Assembly: GCA_965246715.1 (NCBI GenBank)
Contig: CBDFFH010000038.1
Location: 132,081-196,080 of the forward strand
From: Chamaesiphon sp.
GTDB lineage: Bacteria; Cyanobacteriota; Cyanobacteriia; Cyanobacteriales; Chamaesiphonaceae
Length of the DNA stretch: 64,000 bases
Reading direction: 5' to 3'
The notes beneath the pieces were generated by a model. It had not been told where the DNA came from. It made no database searches and saw only the letters and a program-made list of their open reading frames with translations. Shown here piece after piece: positions 59,880 through 64,000 of this stretch. The position numbers and the translations under genes are program-made. Position 1 is the stretch's first letter. Each line of letters starts with the position of its first letter.

Positions 59880-61856
59880 TTACCTTTCCTTCGGTTGCCA
59901 AACAGCAGCACGGATAATCACTGATAACAGCAAGAGATTGTAGATTGCCCATAGAGTATTTACTACATATAGTGGCACATCAGTTAGAGTACCCATTGCC
60001 CAGCGAATCAGGCAATAAAGTATCCCTAAAATGGTCAAGCCACAGACAATTAATTGAGGCATTACTAGATTGAGATAAATCCCCGATTGGCGTTCCTTGG
60101 GAGTGACTTTGAATTTGATCGATCGCTTGGTAAATACACTCAATACTGCTTGAATGAATAAGGGGAATAAGGCGATCGCATATTGTTCGGCTCTCCAAAC
60201 TTCTCGGGCGGGAATTCCCCAAGTCACCATCAAAAAAGTCAGTCGATTGACAATAAATGCAGGCGCAAAATGGATGATAAAATCTGATCCGTCGGTGTGA
60301 ATTGGCGTAATTCCGGTAAAGAAGAAAATAATCGGACAAGCAATCAAAACTACCGTAGCAAAGCCCGAAAAGTAGCTATACATCGTCTGAAAATACTGAA
60401 GCCGTTGCCAGAAGCTCAGTCCTGGCTTCGTCCAGGGATTTTCTTGAACTAAGACTTGAATCGTCCCCTGTGCCCAGCGGAGCCGCTGCTGGAGGGTAGA
60501 AGCGAGATCGTCGGGGGCCAATCCTTCGGCGAGGAGTTCGTGGTGATAGACGGACTCCCAGCCAGCTCCATGCAGACGCATTGCTGTATTCATATCTTCA
60601 GTAATGCTGCTACTTGACATCCCACCAATGAGGGTAAAGTCCTTGAGGAGATCTTTATTTTGAGCGACTGCTTGAGTGAAATATTTTAACCCCACACTTA
60701 CTAGAGCTTCACGTCTAAGAACGGCATTAGTACCGGTATAAAAAGCTGAATTTAAACCATCTTTTCCTTGTTGAATCGGCCCGTAAAAGAGATTTGCACG
60801 ATGTCCGTAAGGATCGCCAGGGGGAATATTATAAAAATCTTGAGGCGTTTGAACCAGAGCAATGCGATTGCTATCATAGTTGCCAGTCGAGAGATTGTAG
60901 CTGTAGAAGTAGGGTAAAACTCGCTGGAGAAATTGCGGTTTGGGAATATGATCGGCATCGAGAGTCAGAACAAATTTTCCGGTAGTTTCTCCAGAAAAAA
61001 GAGCGTAGTTGATATTTCCCGCCTTGGCATAATGCGGTTGCCCTTTCGGTTTGGGACGAGCGATATATCGACAGCGAGTAATTTCGGTAAATTCGAGTTC
61101 TTTTTGCTTAATTGCTGCAATTAGTTCTTGTTCTTCAGCAATCAGTCGCTCGCGGATATTTTGATAACCCCCATGAGTCAGAGTCATCACTTGGCTATAA
61201 ACTTGTAAAAAGTGGGCGGATGTATTTGGATCGTTTTGTTCTGGTAATGTCGCCACAAAAGTTTCAGCGGCTTGAGTATCGCCTGTCAATTCGCGAATTT
61301 GTTTGAGGCGTTCGCGAAGTTTTAGCCGCTCTGATTTAATTCGCTGCGCCTCGGCTTTAAGTGTGTCCGACTGTAAGTCGTCCAAACAAAGTTTCTGAGC
61401 TACAGCACGCATTTCCAATGAGTTGCCATCATCGAGAATATATACCCGCAATTTGGTAGTAGGATAATCGATCGATAGGGCGGCTCTAGCAGTCTCTTCG
61501 ACCATTTCGGGCGGTTCGTTGTAGCAAGTGATAAATATGTCTACTGTCGGCCATTCTGTCACTGATAGAGGTGGATTTAGATAGGGCAAAGACTTGGTTT
61601 GTCGCTCTAGCGGTCGCCACAATCCGATCGTAAACATGGCTCCACCGAGATAACTATAGATTTCGGCAATTAAGAGCGGAATTGCTAGCCAAAGAGCTTG
61701 GAAATCTAGTGAGTGAAAGATCCGCCAATATAAGTACCACGCTCCAAAAATCAGATTGATTTCGGCTAAGTAGCGAAACCACAGTGTCCGTTTATTGAGG
61801 CGGGATTGAGAGTTACCTTTGAAATTTTGGGTAGGCTCGAGCGTCGATACATTCAT
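59880..61856 (-). CDS. Processive cellulose-synthase-like GT2 without PilZ
   Basis: Motifs YNEP, LDDG, KAGNIN, LDADH, QTPQ, ITED and QQRLRW; N- and C-terminal TMs. Confidence 0.9.
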   Translation of the reverse strand: MNVSTLEPTQNFKGNSQSRLNKRTLWFRYLAEINLIFGAWYLYWRIFHSLDFQALWLAIPLLIAEIYSYLGGAMFTIGLWRPLERQTKSLPYLNPPLSVTEWPTVDIFITCYNEPPEMVEETARAALSIDYPTTKLRVYILDDGNSLEMRAVAQKLCLDDLQSDTLKAEAQRIKSERLKLRERLKQIRELTGDTQAAETFVATLPEQNDPNTSAHFLQVYSQVMTLTHGGYQNIRERLIAEEQELIAAIKQKELEFTEITRCRYIARPKPKGQPHYAKAGNINYALFSGETTGKFVLTLDADHIPKPQFLQRVLPYFYSYNLSTGNYDSNRIALVQTPQDFYNIPPGDPYGHRANLFYGPIQQGKDGLNSAFYTGTNAVLRREALVSVGLKYFTQAVAQNKDLLKDFTLIGGMSSSSITEDMNTAMRLHGAGWESVYHHELLAEGLAPDDLASTLQQRLRWAQGTIQVLVQENPWTKPGLSFWQRLQYFQTMYSYFSGFATVVLIACPIIFFFTGITPIHTDGSDFIIHFAPAFIVNRLTFLMVTWGIPAREVWRAEQYAIALFPLFIQAVLSVFTKRSIKFKVTPKERQSGIYLNLVMPQLIVCGLTILGILYCLIRWAMGTLTDVPLYVVNTLWAIYNLLLLSVIIRAAVWQPKER

Positions 61857-61973
61857 TGTTTTTATGCTTAAATAATGTTTGATTTTTAATAATTAATTGA
61901 GGTTTAAATCTCCCGATTCGGAAACCCACCCCCAGCCCCTTTTAGGAGGAGAGTAAGAGCCAGAAAGCGCAAA

Positions 61974-64000
61974 TTATAAAACGAGTGGTTTATTGCCTCT
62001 CGATCGATACAACAATCCTTCCAAAATTGCCGCATTGGTATTAAGATCGACAGCTTTATTTTTGCCTAATTTGGGATTTTCATATAATCCTGAAAAATAG
62101 CCGCGATCGGGATCGCGAATATTTTGGAAAGTCGATCGCAATCTTTGGGCATAAGCATCCTCTGGCATCAGGAAGCTCCAACCAAAAGCGGCTTTGGTAC
62201 TAGCAAATTTCAAGTGTGGATGGGATTTGTTGCGATCGGTGATTGCTTCCCAAGTTTTGCCATTAGCAAAGATGCTGTAATAAAGAAAATAGGGCGGTCT
62301 TTGAATTGAGTCTTCATTCACTGCTGTGAGAATGCCAGTACGTTGAAACCGCTGTGCTTGAACTTTTAGTAAGTTTTGAATTTGCGGTTTGACTGCATCT
62401 GTCCAGCCGAGTTCTAGTCCCCATAGTAGATAAGGATCGTTAGTGAGGTAGTTACTCGCTCCAGAATTTTTGAGATTTCGTCGATCGACTTGTAAGGGAA
62501 TCCCATCGATTCTAACTGTTTCGATAGGTGGTTTGTCTAATGCTTCAATAGGTTGTAAATTCCATAATTGCAGGCTTCTAGCCGCATATTGTTCGTAACC
62601 CAATCTGCCTTCTTGAAAGTAATTAATCACACCATTTTTGGTTGGTATACCTCCATAAATTTGACCATTTTTGACTAATTTCTGCAGATCCCAACGAGCG
62701 ACTATTTTATTGACTCGATCGGTATATTCTGGATACTTAGTTCTCAAAACATGCAATCCTAGCAAGAACCGACTGACATCTAGACCCGACCACCCACTAA
62801 TTCCTTGAGGGTCGGGAGTATCATTGAGCTTCCGCATTTGGGCGGTAGTAGTGCTATAGGCTTTATTCGGTAATTTGGTGCTAGGTAATGGCATTTTCTC
62901 TAGAGTAGAGAGGAAAGTTTGCGCCCACTGGTTGAAACGGTCTGGGGGCATTAATCCCAATTGTCTGGCAGCGTGGATGCCCATTACGGCACTGCCTTGA
63001 TCCCACCAAGTCGTCCAGTGATAACGATCTCCAGAATTGACCAGACCCGTTTGCTTTACCAAATTGCGATCGAAATATTTCCAGGCAGTCTTAGCAGCAA
63101 TGCGATCTAATTCGGTGAGAGATTGCTTACGCTGAGCCAGTTTGGGCTGGATTATTGGTGGTTGCTGTCCTGTTGATGATGGGTTGTCGGGTGGTTCCCG
63201 ATACCCAGGCGGTAAGGGTTGCTCTTCACTGAGTGGAGGTAGTGCGCCAGGGGGTAAAGGATCGCCTAGTTTTGGGAGTTCTGGCGGTGGTGGTGGCGGC
63301 GGGATTAACGAGATCTCAACAGCGGTAGCGACTGAAGGTGTAGCTGATTTCCAATAGCTGCTGCCGAGTTCTTCTACAAATTCGGCAGTTTGACTGGCTT
63401 GGCGGGGTAAACCTTGTCCGGTGCCAGCGGCTACGGCTTGCCACCAGGGGGAATTCGTGTTTTGATTAGGACGAATTAGGGATTTGCGATCGACCGATTT
63501 AAACAGCAGCGCTTCAAGAATCATGCTGTTGGTGCTGCTAGTATAGGTTGTGACCGTTTTCCCCGTTTTGTCATAAAAACCCTCGTAGTAGCCGTTATAA
63601 GGGTCGTACAGATCGAGGGTTGCCCGCCAGAGTTCGAGCGCGTAGGGATCTTCGGGGAAGAGGGCGTAGGCGGCAATCGCAGCGGCGGTGCTAACTAGTC
63701 TGGCATCAGGGAAAGATTTACCGTCATCGCTGAGGGTTTCCCACGATCTACCGTTGCCGATCGCGGTACTGTGGAGAATATAAGGTTTAGACTCGATCGC
63801 ATTAGTGGTCGAAGTAGTTAAAATATTCGTGCGCCGATAGCGTTCGGCTTGGGCTTTGAGCATCGGGGTAATCAACGCTCGCATCTGGGGATCTAGACCA
63901 AACTCTAAACCATAGAGGAAGAACGGATTGGTAACGGTTTTGGTATTTTCTAAGGAAGTTTCTTTAGTTTTGAGCCGTTGAACTGGTACCGGAAATCCTT
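61974..64000 (-). CDS. Tandem DUF3131-domain protein (5' end beyond the window)
   Basis: Frame is open to the window edge. Motifs AAKTAWKYF..TGLVNS, WDQGS, LPNKAYST, EGRLGYEQYAA and NTNAAILE; a Pro-rich linker separates two similar domains. Confidence 0.8.
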   Translation of the reverse strand, partial: GFPVPVQRLKTKETSLENTKTVTNPFFLYGLEFGLDPQMRALITPMLKAQAERYRRTNILTTSTTNAIESKPYILHSTAIGNGRSWETLSDDGKSFPDARLVSTAAAIAAYALFPEDPYALELWRATLDLYDPYNGYYEGFYDKTGKTVTTYTSSTNSMILEALLFKSVDRKSLIRPNQNTNSPWWQAVAAGTGQGLPRQASQTAEFVEELGSSYWKSATPSVATAVEISLIPPPPPPPELPKLGDPLPPGALPPLSEEQPLPPGYREPPDNPSSTGQQPPIIQPKLAQRKQSLTELDRIAAKTAWKYFDRNLVKQTGLVNSGDRYHWTTWWDQGSAVMGIHAARQLGLMPPDRFNQWAQTFLSTLEKMPLPSTKLPNKAYSTTTAQMRKLNDTPDPQGISGWSGLDVSRFLLGLHVLRTKYPEYTDRVNKIVARWDLQKLVKNGQIYGGIPTKNGVINYFQEGRLGYEQYAARSLQLWNLQPIEALDKPPIETVRIDGIPLQVDRRNLKNSGASNYLTNDPYLLWGLELGWTDAVKPQIQNLLKVQAQRFQRTGILTAVNEDSIQRPPYFLYYSIFANGKTWEAITDRNKSHPHLKFASTKAAFGWSFLMPEDAYAQRLRSTFQNIRDPDRGYFSGLYENPKLGKNKAVDLNTNAAILEGLLYRSRGNKPLVL

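Overview
Cyanobacterial chromosomal segment. It is dense in HIP1-type CGATCG, as both GCGATCGC and TCGATCGA, which is tentatively Chamaesiphon-like. Housekeeping genes (cobS, purD, hisS, ndk, RemA-like, Rqc2/NFACT, TamB, moeA, mgtA, katE, GDP-mannose pyrophosphorylase/PMM, tRNA-Gly(CCC)) are mixed with many decaying and mobile pieces. (1) Two 1488-bp ISAs1 copies with identical transposases lie in inverted orientation, and each sits inside a different Ser/Thr kinase-FGE-sulfatase gene with its target duplication intact. (2) A candidate defence locus at 9.2-15.3 kb contains a cytoplasmic trypsin-like protease-endonuclease I fusion divergent from a DUF3616 gene. It is followed by two mazEF-type pairs, a ParD-like gene whose ParE partner is cut off by a lone 38-bp Tn3-family end, and an IS21 remnant. 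(3) A family of 22-24-nt mini-elements is inserted exactly at CG^ATCG, twice in frame inside genes. (4) A RAYT transposase with a mutated HUH motif has GTAG-REP units that bracket a kinase cluster. (5) A ~350-nt intergenic stretch may be a structured RNA. (6) A DUF3131 / cellulose-synthase-like GT2 / GH2 polysaccharide operon runs off the right edge. All calls come from reading the sequence and the ORF track; no database searches were run.
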